64,000 nucleotides of DNA from Chrysemys picta bellii (GCF_011386835.1 NC_088800.1:24428001-24492000), one strand, 5' to 3'; shown: positions 1 through 14,159, counted from the stretch's first letter. Made by a program: numbers and translations. Notes: a model not told the origin generated them from the sequence alone.

Positions 1-654
1 AGGAGAGAAGTGGGCTACACTGGTGACCCTGCAATTAGAATTTAGTTAATTCCAGGGGAGATTTTCCACAGGCACAAAAGGCACCCTGGATGTGACTTCA
101 TTGACAGTCAGTGGGAGCTGGGTGCCAGCTTGCCATTTGTGACTTTGAAAATCGCCCTTTCTGCTAACAATGAAGTGCCAGGCGGAAGCAAATCCAGTTG
201 AATCCTCAGAAATGTGGTGTTCTATAGGGCTGACAGGAGTGAACTGTAATGAAAACTTACTTTTTTCACAAAAGTCAGCAGATTTGACTCTGAACACACA
301 CAGGGAGCAGATCTGCTGGCTCAGAAAGTGCCATTTGTATACAGTCACTTTTCTGAGTACACGGTGAGCTTCATTATCCCATGTGATTGACAGCAGGCTA
401 TGTTAACTAAATGGTACCATCAAGATATTTTAAACAAGGTGTTCAAAATAATAAAACAAATCTCTGCTGATGTTAGCAGCCATGACAAGTTTTTCAACTG
501 CAGGTTATTCTGGTTTTGACAATTTTGCATTCAAATGAGAGATTTCCAGTGTATGAATAATAATGGAAAAAGCGAGTGATCTGTATTTATATTTACTACA
601 GAGAATATATAAATTAGCCATCATAAACTCTGAAAAATGTGTACACAGCTAATG

Positions 655-1040
655 GAGAGAGAAGGTGGGTGAGGTAATATATTTTATTGGACCGACTTCT
701 GTTGATGAAAGAGACAAGCTTTTGAATACACAGAAGCAGAATTCTGTGTAGTTTGAAACTTGTCTTTTCCACCAACAAAAGTTGATCCAATAAAAGATAC
801 ACCTCTACCCCAATATAACACAACCCGATATAACCCAACTTCGGATATAACACTGTAAAGCAGCGCTCCGAGGGGGCGGGCTGCACACTCCGGCGGATCA
901 AAGCAAGTTCGATATAATGCGGTTTCACCTATAACGCAGTACGATTTTTTGGCTCCCGAGGACAGTAATATCGGGGTAGAGGTGTATTACCTCACCCACC
1001 TTGTCACTGTAATATCCTGGGATTAATATGGCTACAACAT
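655..1040 (+). mobile_element. Fold-back Penelope-like pLTR insertion (family C), interrupted by a Tc1/mariner MITE
   Basis: Inverted arms aaggtgggtgaggtaata...ttattgg / ccaataaaagata|ttacctcacccacctt, 3' tail ending ggctacaacat, flanking repeats acacagctaatg (643-654) and acatggctaatg (1041-1052). Confidence 0.7.
800..984. mobile_element. Tc1/mariner (Tigger-like) MITE
   Basis: TIRs cacctctaccccaatat / atatcggggtagaggtg; TA on both sides (798-799, 985-986). Confidence 0.85.
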
Positions 1041-1493
1041 ACATGGCTAATGACAGTTCCAGTTAATTTCCTTGACTGCAGTCTTTCCATTGTTACTGAA
1101 AGCTTTTGACTGGCTGAGTATGCTATATAGTATTGGGAAAATATTTACAGTTACACTGTTTTAGTCCCAAGTATGCCAAGGAGGAATGATAGGGTGAAGT
1201 GCTCATTAAGGATATCCATGTTTAGTTCCAAAATTCATGACAAACATTCTCCCAGTGCAAGCAAAAAAAAAAAAAACTCCTTTCTTAGATTTTGAAAGCC
1301 TTTCCTACTATGCAGGGAATCATAAGACTTGAACTGAGTTAGACTGTAACATTACATTGCTTACAGTGCATTAAAACCACAGCTTTAGAAGGGAATGTCA
1401 GTGATCAGTGTTGCAGAAAATACTTGCTTTTATCATACACACTGTATAGTAGATAAACTCTGCAGTTAATCTTTAGATTATTGCACATTAGCT

Positions 1494-1600
1494 AGATTCA
1501 TAGATTTTGTGGCCAAAAGGGGTCATTATGATCATCTAGTTTAACCTTCTGCATAACAGAGGTCATGGAATACACCCAGTAATTTCTGCATCAAGTCCCC
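1494..1600 (-). mobile_element. CR1 LINE 3' end fragment
   Basis: gattcatagatt...atgatcatctagtttaaccttctgcataaca is the reverse complement of a CR1 3' terminus with its ctatgaatc-type tail. Confidence 0.7.
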
Positions 1601-1781
1601 AGCTAACAGAAGTTAAAATGATATTCTCTTCAGCACTCTCCTTGATTTCCTATTAACCTTTCTTTTCAAGACTCCCTAGACTGTGTTTTTTCTCCTTTTT
1701 TTTTTTTTTGGCCACTGTTGCATGTGGTCCTTCACAATGAAAGCTGCAGGGTAAAACCTGTTTGTTTCATTTTTGTTGCAG

Positions 1782-1923
1782 TGGTTTGTGCTCAGGGTTT
1801 ACAAGCTAAGGATAAAACAGGCTCAAGTGATCCATACGTTACAGTACAAGTTGGCAAAACCAAACGGAGAACTAAAACTATCTTTGGAAACTTGAATCCA
1901 GTATGGGATGAAAAATTTTATTT
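1782..1923 (+). CDS. UNC13C: UNC13C internal coding exon (C2B domain, N-terminal half: [48 protein letters not shown])
   Basis: Acceptor ttgcag at 1776-1781, donor gtaagt at 1924; 142 nt, phase 1 in, phase 2 out; peptide is the Munc13 C2B start. Confidence 0.97.
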
Positions 1924-4842
1924 GTAAGTATAAAAGATGCAACTGTTTTTTGGTTAACTTTGTGATGTAATGCTATTGAGTGAGATTATTTCATCTGTAA
2001 ATATTTGTTGTACACATCTCACATTTCCATAATGCATTAATTAGCAAATCTTTGGTTGGAATGACTACATAGATACTGAAATCTCGGTTATGTTATGACT
2101 GCCTCACATGGGGATGAGCAACCCAAAGTCAAGTCTAACAGTGAACTGATCTGTTTTGTTCATTGAGCTGGGGCAAATTAATTAAAATAATTATAGCCAT
2201 TGTGATCGTAAATTCTTCTTAATTTTCTTTTAAATATCTGTTTTCCTGTGAAATGTACAGCAGAAAAAAAATGACATTTAGGAGAGATTTTCAAAGGCAC
2301 AGATGGCAGATAGGTGCCTAACTCTCACTGCTAGTCAATAGGAGTTAGGAGCCTAGCCATTATTTTTGCCTTTGAAAATCTTGCCTTTAATGCCTTTGCT
2401 GAGTGTGAAACAACTCAACATAAGGAACAAGGGACCCAAAAGGAGGTCATGAGGTGTGTCTGAAAAGTTTCCTGCTCTTGCCAAGGAAAACATATTACCA
2501 TAGGCTTATACAGGGTATTTCCCTGGCAGCTGATGTGAAACTGTCTTCACACTGGCTTGCGGGGAAGGGTCACCACATGTGTACTTTGTCACAAACAACT
2601 AAAAAGACCAATTTCAAACTTGAAGTACTTAAGCTAAGGTATCCAATCTAAATCAGTGCTTAGGTGTCCATGTACCTGTTCTAGGTGCCAACTGGAACTC
2701 TTAAATGTAAAAATGGCTGCCCTAATTTAGGTAGGAACATTTCAATAATGGACCCAGATATTGTAGATAGCTGATAAGGGAATGGATTTTAGTGTGTGAA
2801 GAAGAGAATCTGTGTGTGCAGTTTGAGATGGTTTGAAAATATGACTATGCATTATACTTAGTGTTTCAGCACAGAGATTTCTTGGTTTTTGCTCTGGATA
2901 TACAGATAAAGAAGAGCCCAGCTAGGAAAACCATTAAAATAAATTCCTTTTTAATAATGGTAGTCTAATGAAATGTTGTTTTAAAAAGTTATTTAGATAA
3001 CTATAACTATAACTATATATATATAAATATAATGTTACATTGCCTTTATATTTGTTGGTGTCACCTCATTCATCAATATGATGTATGTGGAAAGTATATT
3101 CCTATAGCGGCCAGTGTTCCATTTGTTTAAATGTCAGTGTGTGTGTTTGGATAAGGCGGCAGGCATTAGACTAATATGTTATAATAAAAATATTTGTAAT
3201 AAATACCAGAAAGCCATACCCTACCAGAAAAAAAAGTTTTACTATGCATAGAAAAAGCCCCTTTGACTAGAACTGCTTATTACCTAATTTCAAAACTTCC
3301 TTTCCTTGCAAATCAATTTCTAAAATCTTCCCATGGTCAAATACTTTGTCTACATTTTAATTTTTCCTGAGCCTATTGCCATGTGTTTCACAGACTTCAG
3401 AGAGAGAGAGAAAAATCTCTTCTTGGCTTACCTTTCATTAGCACAATGCAAACTAGTCTCATTTTGTTTAATGTTCACAAGTTTATTTATAATTTAATAT
3501 TAGACCTCAAACTTTGGTTGTGTATGACCTGTGCCGGGTTTTACACTACCTTTATGGCCTTCCCTCCTGTAATCCTAGCTTCAGCCAGAGAATTGGTGAG
3601 TTTCCAGCATGAGTTAGACCAGCCTCAGGGCTGCTCTAATTTAAGCCTGACAGCCCCAAACACAACCATTGTTTCCTGCAGCTAGGTATCACCAGGGATT
3701 GAGATGTCATGGCCATACCTCCTTTCCTTGGCTATGCACCCTCACGGGGAGCCAGGAGAAGGGGTGGGCTGGAACCACTATAGCTTTGTTACAACTCCCA
3801 AGGACTCCCTCACAGTGGGGGAATCTTCCACCAGCCAGTTAAGCCAGCTGTGCTGGATGCTGCATTTTTCTGGGAATGACATCAGCCGGAGTATAGGACC
3901 ACTTAGTACTGTGTATTACCTGTTTGTGTCTAGTAAGGAGTATATCAATGTCAATCCATTTTTCAGCAGGATTGCTATATGCCACAGTATGATATGATGT
4001 ACTTAACTATTATTGTCAAAGGCAATTAAGGATTCTGAGAAGTAAATCGAATCTCTGGGTTAGTTTAGAAAATATAATTGAAAGAGAAATATTTATTTCA
4101 GGCAAGGTTTTATGTTTTTACGATAGTTTTAGTATATTCAGGTCTGGCCTGGTATTACGTTATTATTTGATGTTAGATATTTTTGTTACGTGTGTGAAAA
4201 ACATTAATATGTTTATATTAACTTTATATAACCACATAATATTAGTAATCATTTTTGCAGAAAATACATGCAAATTATAATAATATAATGATCCAGTTTT
4301 GAGTTATATCTGTCCATTACATCTGTTATTAATAATGCCATTCAAAACATAACAATAACAAGTATAATTTTATCTGGTGAAACTCCATGTACAGTGGTGA
4401 TGCACATCATCTTCGTCATTATTATGAGATAACCTCAGAACATTTACCACAGAATTCTACAAACCACTCAGGATATTGCAAATTGCCCAGAGGGATCCAA
4501 TATCTTTCAGTCGATGACACTGAATAATCGCTCATTCAAGGTGCAAAATACTCTACACTCTGGATTATAGCAGTGTTTAATCTCTGCTCTTTCTCCTGCC
4601 TTCCTTTCTAAGAAAAAGAATCTCTAATGGAAATTCCCTTTTATATGTAAAATATTCTTTTTTATCCATGAATAACTTTCCTATGTGAGTGGATAATATG
4701 AGTACCATGTGTCCATATGAAAGAGAAGCTTTATCTTCTCTAAGGTGTAAAGTTCCAGGAGAGGAAAGACTACCCAAGAAGTGATAGATGAGGGGCTAAA
4801 TTCCTGCCCACACAGGCGGCCAGAGCCACTCTCCTCCCCTCT

Positions 4843-5031
4843 AAAAGAACGAGGAGTACTTGTGGCACCTTAGAGACTAACAAATTTATTTGAGCATAAG
4901 CTTTCGTGGGCTAAAAGTGGGTAGCCCACAAAAACTTATGCTCAAATAAATTTGTTAGTCTCTAAGGTGCCACAAGTACTCCTCGTTCTTTTTGCTGATA
5001 CAGACCAACACGGCTACCACGCTGAAACCTG
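4843..5031 (+). mobile_element. Fold-back Penelope-like pLTR insertion (family A), minimal form
   Basis: ~71-bp inverted arms (4843-4913 / 4922-4992, 2 mismatches), 39-nt tail, 13-bp TSD tctcctc(c/t)cctct (4830-4842, 5032-5044). Confidence 0.8.
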
Positions 5032-8000
5032 TCTCCTCTCCTCTGTCTTCCTTGACTAGAATCCACTTTTCTACTTGTAAAAACTAACTATAGTATTCCC
5101 CCTGTCATGGCCAGGCACCCTTACTTGTTTATGCCCTCACTACAACAATCCAGCTATTAACTTATATGTAAATTGCTCCCATAAATTAAAATACTAGAAT
5201 TGAGTAATTCACAGTAGACAGTGTATTCAAGAAATGTAGCCTTATTTTCTGCTCACAGAATAGCCATAAGCAGATCAATATTTGTATTTATTCAACAAAT
5301 ATTGTTGTGAATTTTTTACTTCATGGATTCATTGTAAATATTCTAAGACAAGACTTTTGTTGCTTGCTTGTGATTGGTCAGATATGTCATATAGTATTGT
5401 CTCTGTTCCCATTTGGATAATCAAATAAACAATCTGGCATGAATGTTGAAATGTATTTTCTGTGGATGCCCATCATTAAAGTAGATTGTTCATATGTCGA
5501 TGGGAAAAGGACACAAAAAAGGTCTGAGCAGAGCTAGAATGAATTCATTTAAAACTTGGAATTAAGGTTTGCATTTTTTACCCAACTCTAATCACTGCTA
5601 ACATCTTCTGAAAGGACTCTATAGATGTCACCAATAGTAATATAATGATGTAACATAAATTTTCCGAATAAAAGTACTGAACACTGATATTTTACCTGCT
5701 TTTTGAACACCTTTGGTAAAAGTTATAATTTTTAAGAAAAATTATCCCCTCGAGTTATTTGATGGACTAACTTTCAATAGCCACAAACATTCAAGATTTG
5801 AGAGTTTATGAAGTTTATTAACCTAAGCTAAAAATCTTTTAGCACAGAATTAAACCTACAAGGAAATTGCTACAACTGTATTTCAGTGACTCAGTACGGT
5901 TTGTTTAAATTAGGCACTACTAGTAATATATGTCAGAGTATCATTTAAAACAGCTTTAATCAATATTATTTCCCCTAAATGCTAAACCTTAGGAGAGAGA
6001 CCATCTCATAAAATCTTAGTCATACACTCAATCAGATTATTACAAACATCCATTTCCAACTCCCCATCTGAGCCCAAACAGTGTCTTGAAAGAAACATCC
6101 ACTTCTCAGAATGCATTCGCTTACTCACCTTTGGTAGTTAAACTCAGATATAAAATTTCCAGAAAAGTATTCAGGGTTGAATAATCTAACCCGATCCTAA
6201 AATGATTCTCTCAATAATAAGTAAAGAGTTAATTCAAAATTCTTAATAATGCTTCCTCTACCTGACCACAAAACAGAGCGAGAGCTCTATGGATTTCAAT
6301 ATGAGAACTCACAAGCTAACTTCCTGAAAGATTTCTTACAGCTGGGTATTTCAGAACAAACATCCAAGTAAAGAGCGACAACACAAGAATTAATTTTTGA
6401 TTCAAATCTATCCCTTTGATATGCAACACTATGAAATTAATAGCTTGATGCAGTATAGACATAGAGGGTTTTGGTCTCTTTACCATAATCAGAAGCGTCG
6501 TATCAGAGCAAGATTTTTGGTTTACTGGGCATCAGAATATGTCAGTCCTACAAGGCTTTATAATGATCCTGATTTGGTCCTTGGCCAGCCCAGAATCAAA
6601 GGAGCAGGCTTAAAGCTACTGTTGTCTCCATCCCTCCCAGCTGCACTGAGTGGAAGTTTGATGTGACTGACTATGAAGTAAGTGAAAAGAGTCTGCATTT
6701 TTGTTTTGAGTGACGGGGGGAAAGCATTTTTCAAATCTTTCTAACCTGTAAACGAGTTTAGCTGTGTAGGTTTAAGCTTTGGGCCAAAGTTGGAGTCTGT
6801 TTTTACTTTATTCAAATCTCTACCTCCATCCTTGGAGTGAAAATTTCTTTCTGCTCCTTTACTCCCTCTTTTATTGTCTGCTCTCCATACTTCATTCAGT
6901 TTGTTGAAATATGCCTTTTCACAGCCAAGTTGTACATCAGGTATGCTACTCCAGATTGCCTTGTGGGTTTTCCAGAGGTCAAGCTGAATGGAACTTCTTG
7001 TTGTGTGTGCATTTGAACTACAGTTTTATAATCTAAAGACTTCTATATAGCTGGTTGCTTATTTTATACCACTCAGTATGCCTTTTTTGACTGTCATTAG
7101 GTGACAATATGGTATCAATAAATAGCTTCATTAGGTATCTGCTATTTCCTCTAATTTATCAAAGTGTTAATTAACCCAAATTAAGCCAACAATTAGGCTT
7201 TTTGAAGATCGTGATTGCCACCTGGCCAACATGAGTATCCTGGGCAAATCACTAGAATTTGGCAGGTCTCGGGTGTTCTTGAAGATTTGCTACAAATATT
7301 TGTCACCAAAGACCAGGAAGGGAGCTCCAATAAACAGTGGTTTGGAGGATTTAATACTGCTAAGGGGTACTTGGAAATAAAGCTGCCATTTGTGGGCTAA
7401 TAAACCAGATTGTCCAAGAAAATCCTCACTGCTGTACAAATTAGCAGATACAATGAGAAAAATATGAGTAAAAGGAATCACCCCTTCATGCCAAATCATT
7501 CTGCTTGTAGGCTAGGACCAATGACCAATTCCTGGAGATAGACTGAATGGCAGTCTCCAAACTGGAAATGGGCAAGCTGATTTTTAAAAATGAACCTGTC
7601 CAGCTCTCGCATGTTTAAGATTTTCAGATTCAGAGCTGATTCAGCCAAAATTTCTGGCAGCTGCTACACTAAGTGTTGTTCTACTACTGTCACACTTGAC
7701 TCTGATGCTGGGGCTCATGTACGTTGATTTGTCCACTAAAAAAGTGATCTGTGGCCCCACTAAAGGCTTACTCATTGTAGGCACCCATGTTTAGGAAATG
7801 AACATCTCAGCAGAGAGCCTCCTTTCCAATCCCTCCCACTCCCATTCCTCACCAACTTAAATTACTTGATAAAGAATGTAAGGCATTGATGTGACTGAAT
7901 ATGGTGTTTCTAATGTTCAGTAAGATTGAAAGTAGCCCCTGGTGGGGGTGGGAGGGAGGCGCAGAAGCAGTTAGTTTAAGGATTGTTTTGCAGGAAATAG

Positions 8001-9957
8001 TATCTGCCAGAGAATTAGAACCCCTAGTTTTCAGAACCTTTGAAATAACAAGAGGATACAAACCCCCAAATGAATTCTCTGAATTTTTCCATGCTAAAAC
8101 TTCTTCAGTAAGCAGCCAAGTCAGTAACTCTGTGAGATGCAGTTCTGTAATAAAATAACTATGCCACATAGCTTCAGCCTAATGCAGCCAACAGTACAGT
8201 ACCAGCAACCAATAAAAATGATAAATGTGGTCATCTGCCTGATCAGTTAATAACACAAATAATTTCCATTTTCACAATAGACATCAGCCTGATTCTCCCC
8301 TCTCATTGGTCTGAATCGGGTTAACTCCATAGGAGTCTGTTAAGTTACACCAGTATAAAACAACCATGAAATCAGAATCAGGCCCCTTTTATTTTCCTCC
8401 CTAAGGAAAATAACTGCAATCAACATGTAAAAATTCCAATCTATTCCAATTGACTCAGTCTACAATCAAGGCTACTTAGAATCATAATTAATTTTTGTCA
8501 GTTTGAGCTGGTATTCAGAAAATTACTGTCCTTGATAACAGAACAGGAAAGAATGCATTCACAAATGCAAATACAACTGTCCTTTACATTTCCTGATTAC
8601 TGCTGTTGTTTAAGCCCTAGTACGTCACAAATTTGGTGCATGTCTTAACAGTTCTCTCTTGCTTTCCAAATAGCTGAAAATTTTTATTTCAGTTAAACAA
8701 TCCTGTCTTGTTAATACATTCCCCCTCCATGCAGTTCAACAAGCTCATGGTCAACAATGAAAGATACTCTTTCTAACCCCAACAGCCAACTTAATCCTTG
8801 TCAATAACACCATTTTCTTTCCTGAATGTCCAGTACTACTGTCGTGGTACAATGGCTTTCAACACCCTTATTCACTGACACCATATGTGGAAATCCCTGA
8901 TGTTACAGTTGTAATGATTTACTGACCCCAGGGAGCTAGGCTGCAATCATGGTTTCAAATCACACCACTCATCAGCTGATAAAATAATTAAATTGATTTA
9001 AATAAAGAAAAATCTTGAGAATTAATGATTTAACTTTCAAAAGGAATTAGCCTTCTGTTAATTCACTGACTGCACTGAATACTCAGGTTGTGCAAAACTC
9101 TGACTTATATCATGTATAAATGTGAACAGAGAGGTGGTGTAATGGATATTCTGCATAAAGTTAGATAAAGACAATGAGCATTACAGGGTAGCTTTTCAAA
9201 GGCACAAACAACATTGAAAATTACTGGGAGTGAGGCACATAACTGCCATTTGTGTCTTTGAAAATCCCACACTACATGATTGGACCCCAAAAATTAACAC
9301 CTGAAAAGATAGAAACATAAAAATCCCAGAGGATTTGGGGTCCTCTGAAAAAATAGTATGTGATTTTATAATCAAAGACTATCATAATGCACAGGGGGGC
9401 CGAATTAACATTACATGGGCAACTTTAATTCAGGCATTTCCTAACTTTTGAGTACTTGATTTTGCAACCTTAACATTCTTTTAACATGGGGAAAAGGGAG
9501 TGTTGGTTGGTTGGTCTGTGCGGTTTTTTTTTGGAGTGGGGGCAGTGGTTATGTCAGGTTCAACTGAAGAAATCAATTTTTAAGCTCACTTTGCAAACAG
9601 ATCTTGCAAGTACTATTAGCATTCCTCCCAGTTTGTTGATATAATTGATACATATTACAGAGAAAGGATCAAAATCAATGGCAGCCTTTGAAAAGGATAA
9701 TAGATATGTATGATGGCGGTTTTGAATAGAGTACGTTAACAAAGAAAAGGCACAACTGTTCTGAAAAGCCTGACATTGTTTTTCTATGCTTTATTCCACA
9801 TCCAAACAGTCCATAGAGGACTTCACCAAATGGAGAAAGAAGGCAAACAAGAACTTTAAACACACCTTTTATTTTTATAAAATGTTTCTATTTTATTATA
9901 AAATACACAGTAACTCAGTTCTGCTGTTTGCTATGTAGGGGAAACAATGCTTACCAT

Positions 9958-10228
9958 CAGTGGCGGATTAGTCACTGCTCCAATGGGGCCTGTTCCCAGG
10001 GATCCCAGGCAATTAGGGGGCCCCTGGAAAAATGGGTGCCCCCATGCCCTAACCTGCTTTGCCTGCCCAGCACTCCTGCCGGAGAGTGGGCAAGCCCCCG
10101 CAACCCAACCCCACTCCCCAGCAGGAGCGCATTAGAGGGGTTTGGGGGGGGGACTGCAGGCAGATGGGGACAGGAGGGGCCCCCCACTTGCTCTGGTCCA
10201 AGCCCCACAAACCCCTAATCTGTCTCTG
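9958..10228. mobile_element. GC-rich non-autonomous DNA transposon (MITE), superfamily uncertain
   Basis: Imperfect TIRs cagtggcggattag / ctaatctgtctctg; GC-rich island in AT-rich intron; no clear TSD. Confidence 0.6.
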
Positions 10229-10569
10229 ATGGATGTAAAAAAGAAGAGAGAGATAGGAAGGAAACAAATAAATACCAAAAATAAAAAAAGGAATTAAAAT
10301 GGATTATTGAAATGGTCAGTCCTCTTTGAAGAGGACTTTTGCTGCAAAATCCGAAATAGTTAACTTGAATAGATAGTTCATGTTCCTTTGGCAACTTTAT
10401 GTGCCTTAGGCCCATTATTTTCCCTATTGCTGATGTAATAACGTACTGACTGGCCACTTGTACAACATATCCTTTTCAGGAGAAATAAAGTATTTCTCAT
10501 AAATAAAAATGATCCAGAGTCACACTAATAAGGATAATTTTTTAAAAAAATAAGGTTATTAATGATCAT

Positions 10570-10752
10570 GTTTCAGGGTATAAGGCAGCCTCTAACTGAG
10601 GGGGTGAGGAAGAAACATGCCATCTAGACAAGTTATCCCATACATGTCTTCAGGGTTTTTAGCACCTTCCTCTGCAACATCTGGTACCAGCTATCATCAG
10701 AAACATGATGCTAGATGGACATAGGTCTGATCTGGTATGGTAATTCTTATCT
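10570..10752 (+). mobile_element. Older CR1 LINE 3' end fragment
   Basis: ttatcccata...gcaccttcctctgcaacatctggtacc...ctagatggac...tctgatctggtatggtaattcttat matches the CR1 3' UTR pattern. Confidence 0.65.
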
Positions 10753-12673
10753 CCTTGTGAATTGGTTAAGAATTAATCATATAAGAATTATATAATTTAA
10801 TCTCTACATGTATATCATCTATACTTGCCATCCAAGATTAGCATTTTAGCAGAAAGGCCTGAGGTTTTAGGAGGTTTAATTCTAAGATTACAAGCATGGA
10901 TTTATTTTATGTTATACAAACCTTTTTCTTTGACCCAGCTCAATCTTTTAAATAATCCTGTGCTTTATTTCTAAGAGTACATACAAAATTCAACAGCAGT
11001 GTGCCAGTTGAAGGGAGATTTCTGTTTATATATGTTAATGCTTCTAGTGTTTCCCCACATAGGCCATGCATACAGCCAAGTGGCACGTGGGATTTTTATC
11101 TGCCTATGGAAATATGTCCCTGTCTTTCATATAAATCAGTTTTGGTTAATTGAAATGGTATAACACTTGAAAGCACAAAATGTTTAGATAGTGGAATATA
11201 TTTGGTGCATTGTGGTGATAGAGAAATAATTAGATAAACATTCATAAAAGGAAAAAATTTACTATCCAAATTTTATCCTCTTTCCAAATCATGTGAGTGA
11301 TAAGTGTCATTTATTGAGTACTCTAATGTGTTGCTTGCTTCATAACCGCACAATTAATGTAAATACAGGGTTTTTTCCTAACAGAATTAAGGAAGAATAA
11401 ACTAGTAAAGAAACCATAGTGTTCTGTTCTGTAAATATAGTTTGAGGTGCATATGACACACAACAAAAGAAAAACAATTGTGCCCTTTGGAAATTCCAAT
11501 AAACTCCACCACAGTCCATCCTTGGCTGCTAGTGGTTTATACTGGTCACTGTAGTTCCAAGTGAAAAAGTGGACTTTGACTCTTGCATTGCCCAAAAACA
11601 TAGCTGCTGACTGGAACTAGCTGAAAATTTCTGGCAAGATCTTCAGCTAATCTTCCACATATTTATATTGACTTCAGTGGAACTATGCCAATTTATACTA
11701 GCTCAGGATCAGATATTTGCAATATAATTTCTGTTAAGATATTTAAATGGATGAGTTTTTTTATTGGATCTTCAGCCAGCACTATGCTTGTAAAGTATGT
11801 CTGAATGTAGAGAGCTCTGTTCATATTTCTTGGTTTTATGGTAATCTTTGTAGATAACTGATGTTGACAAAGAAATGCCTGACATTTAAAGCACTTTAAG
11901 AAGACTACAAAATAGTTGAATCTGTTTTTAAAGAACGTTGTAAACTGGCAGGTAGAGTTCTCAAGGAGAGCAAAGTACTGCACTTAGTGGTATGTTCTGT
12001 ATTTCAGCTGAATAAGACTCTTTATCCTGCTTATCTTTATCTAGGAGGCTGGTTTCAAACCAGCAAGAAGCTTTTAATTGAACCAGTGTTGGAGTTCAAA
12101 TCTCACTTCATTTAACATAAAACTTAATTCCAAAAATGGAGAATAAATGATGTGTGGTAATTCTAATCACCAGTTTATATCCCAGGTAGGACCCAGACAC
12201 TAAACTATTTTTACACATCACCATTATTCCAATAACTCCACACCTCACTACGTCAAATTATTACAAGAATAAAAGTAATATTTGTTGAATATACTGTTCA
12301 GAATTGAAACATCCCTGGTGTATATGCAGATCTAAGACCATTGTTGGTAAACTGAAAATCAGTGTACCTAGACCTAATTGCCTTCCTTTAAGGTGTGAGT
12401 ACTGATCTGAAATTGTCTATAAAACTAGAGGTGGCTTTAGGTGCCTACAAAACCCACAGTCATGAGGGATCGCATAATCTAGATAAAGCAGCTCAAATGT
12501 GACCCACGTTTGCCTTCCAATGGGAAGAAAGGAATTATGTCATTGATTTTGCTTCTTAATCAGTAGTGACTCTGTTTGGTAGAGCTGACTGTCAAAGGAT
12601 GTTGAGGCTTTCATCTCATTGCTGAGCATGCTGCCTGAAATGTGCATTGTTTGAACATTATTGTTCTGTAGTT

Positions 12674-13080
12674 CAGTGGTTCTCAAACATATTTGATCAC
12701 GCCCCCTTCTTTGTGTCTGTAGTAGTTTATACCCCAGCCCCCCATCTCCTGGTGCCTGGCCGGCAGCCACTGTTCTCTGGGCACCCAGCTCTGAAGGTGG
12801 AGTGGAGAGCGGCGGCTGCTGGCCAGGTGCCCAGCTCTGAAGGCAGCACCACCACCAGCAGCAGTGCATAAGTAAGGGTGGCATGGTATTGTATTTCCAA
12901 CCTTATTTCTCTGCTGCTGCTGGTGGCGGTGCTGCCTTCAGAGCTGGAGGCCTGGCCAACAGCCGCTGCTCTCAGCCACCCAGCTGTGAATGTGTACAGT
13001 ACATTTTTTTTCCCTTAAAGCTTCTAATGCCCACCCAGAATACATTCCGTGCCCCCCCATCACCAGTTTGAGAACCTCTG
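12674..13080. mobile_element. hAT (Charlie-like) MITE
   Basis: TIRs cagtggttctcaaac / gtttgagaacctctg; 8-bp flanks ctgtagtt / aagtagtt (6/8). Confidence 0.85.
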
Positions 13081-14159
13081 AAGTAGTTTATAGCTCCGAC
13101 AAGAGTTCCCCTTCTGTTGCTCACTCAGTGATATCCTAGATATTGAACCTCACTCAAACTGATAGCAAGTGTTGACCCTACTCATCATCTGCCCACAACT
13201 GTTATTTTGATCCAAGACTCAATTATCTTCTTTTTCTGTGAACATGTAAGTGTTTCCCATCATGACTGGAATCTAAATAGTACCTCTTGCATTCATGTTA
13301 GTCTTCAGTCTGCTTTTCCATTTTCCCTCTGAACTCTGAAGTCTTTCACTTCAAGGAGGGGTTAGAATCTGATTTCTGACATGATCAAAGGGTAATGCTT
13401 TAGATCCAACAAATAGAAGGACAAAAGGAGCTAGATAGAAAACACCATTTTTCTTCTACTGGCATATGTAGAACTTGACTGACAACAGCTTGTGCTGGCT
13501 TCCATTGGTACTTTTTCTTTCTGATCTTGCCACTGCCGATAGGATCTTCTGTAATTCCTTTAGATTGTGTCCGTAGTGTACTTTTTGTTAATATTCTGCT
13601 TGGAGCAAGTCTAGACACTGCATGCTTTTGTTTATTTTTATTCTGAATTGATTATGTCATTAGTAACACGCTTTGAAGCAAACTATGTAGTTGGAAAATT
13701 AAACTTCTGGTTTAAAGCCAAAAAATTTGCTTTTTCTCCACACTTTTTAATTACCTATGGGTAGGATTTTTTCTCTCACCATCTGATTTTTAAAATGTTT
13801 TTCTCCAGTTACTCTATGCATGTATGTAGGGAGGAGGTAGAGATTTGCTGAGGAAATATTCTTTATCATTTTGCTTAGACTTGGCTTTGCAAAACCTTTC
13901 TTTGAATTTACTGTATCGTCTGGTTTATGTGCCAGTGCTACTCCTTTTTTTTTTTTTTTTAAACTAATTTCTTAGGCCACAATTCAGCAAAGTGCTACAC
14001 ATCTTTTAACTTTCAGCATGAGTTGTCCCACTGACATAATTGGGACCACTTGCATGCTTAGCGTTAAACCTTACATTTAGCAATCTGATGACAATTTCTG
14101 TTTAAAACATCTACTTTCACTAATAATGAGTAGATATCAACTTTTTGAACAAAAATAAG

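Noticed and set aside
1718-1927. ORF-track boundaries for the UNC13C segments (also 28202, 30426, 51428, 57455, 61282)
   Set aside because: These ORFs run into intron sequence; the true exon limits are set by AG/GT sites and phase continuity.
9950-10236. TSD for the 9958-10228 MITE
   Set aside because: Neither an 8-bp nor a 3-bp duplication is evident, so the superfamily was left unassigned.
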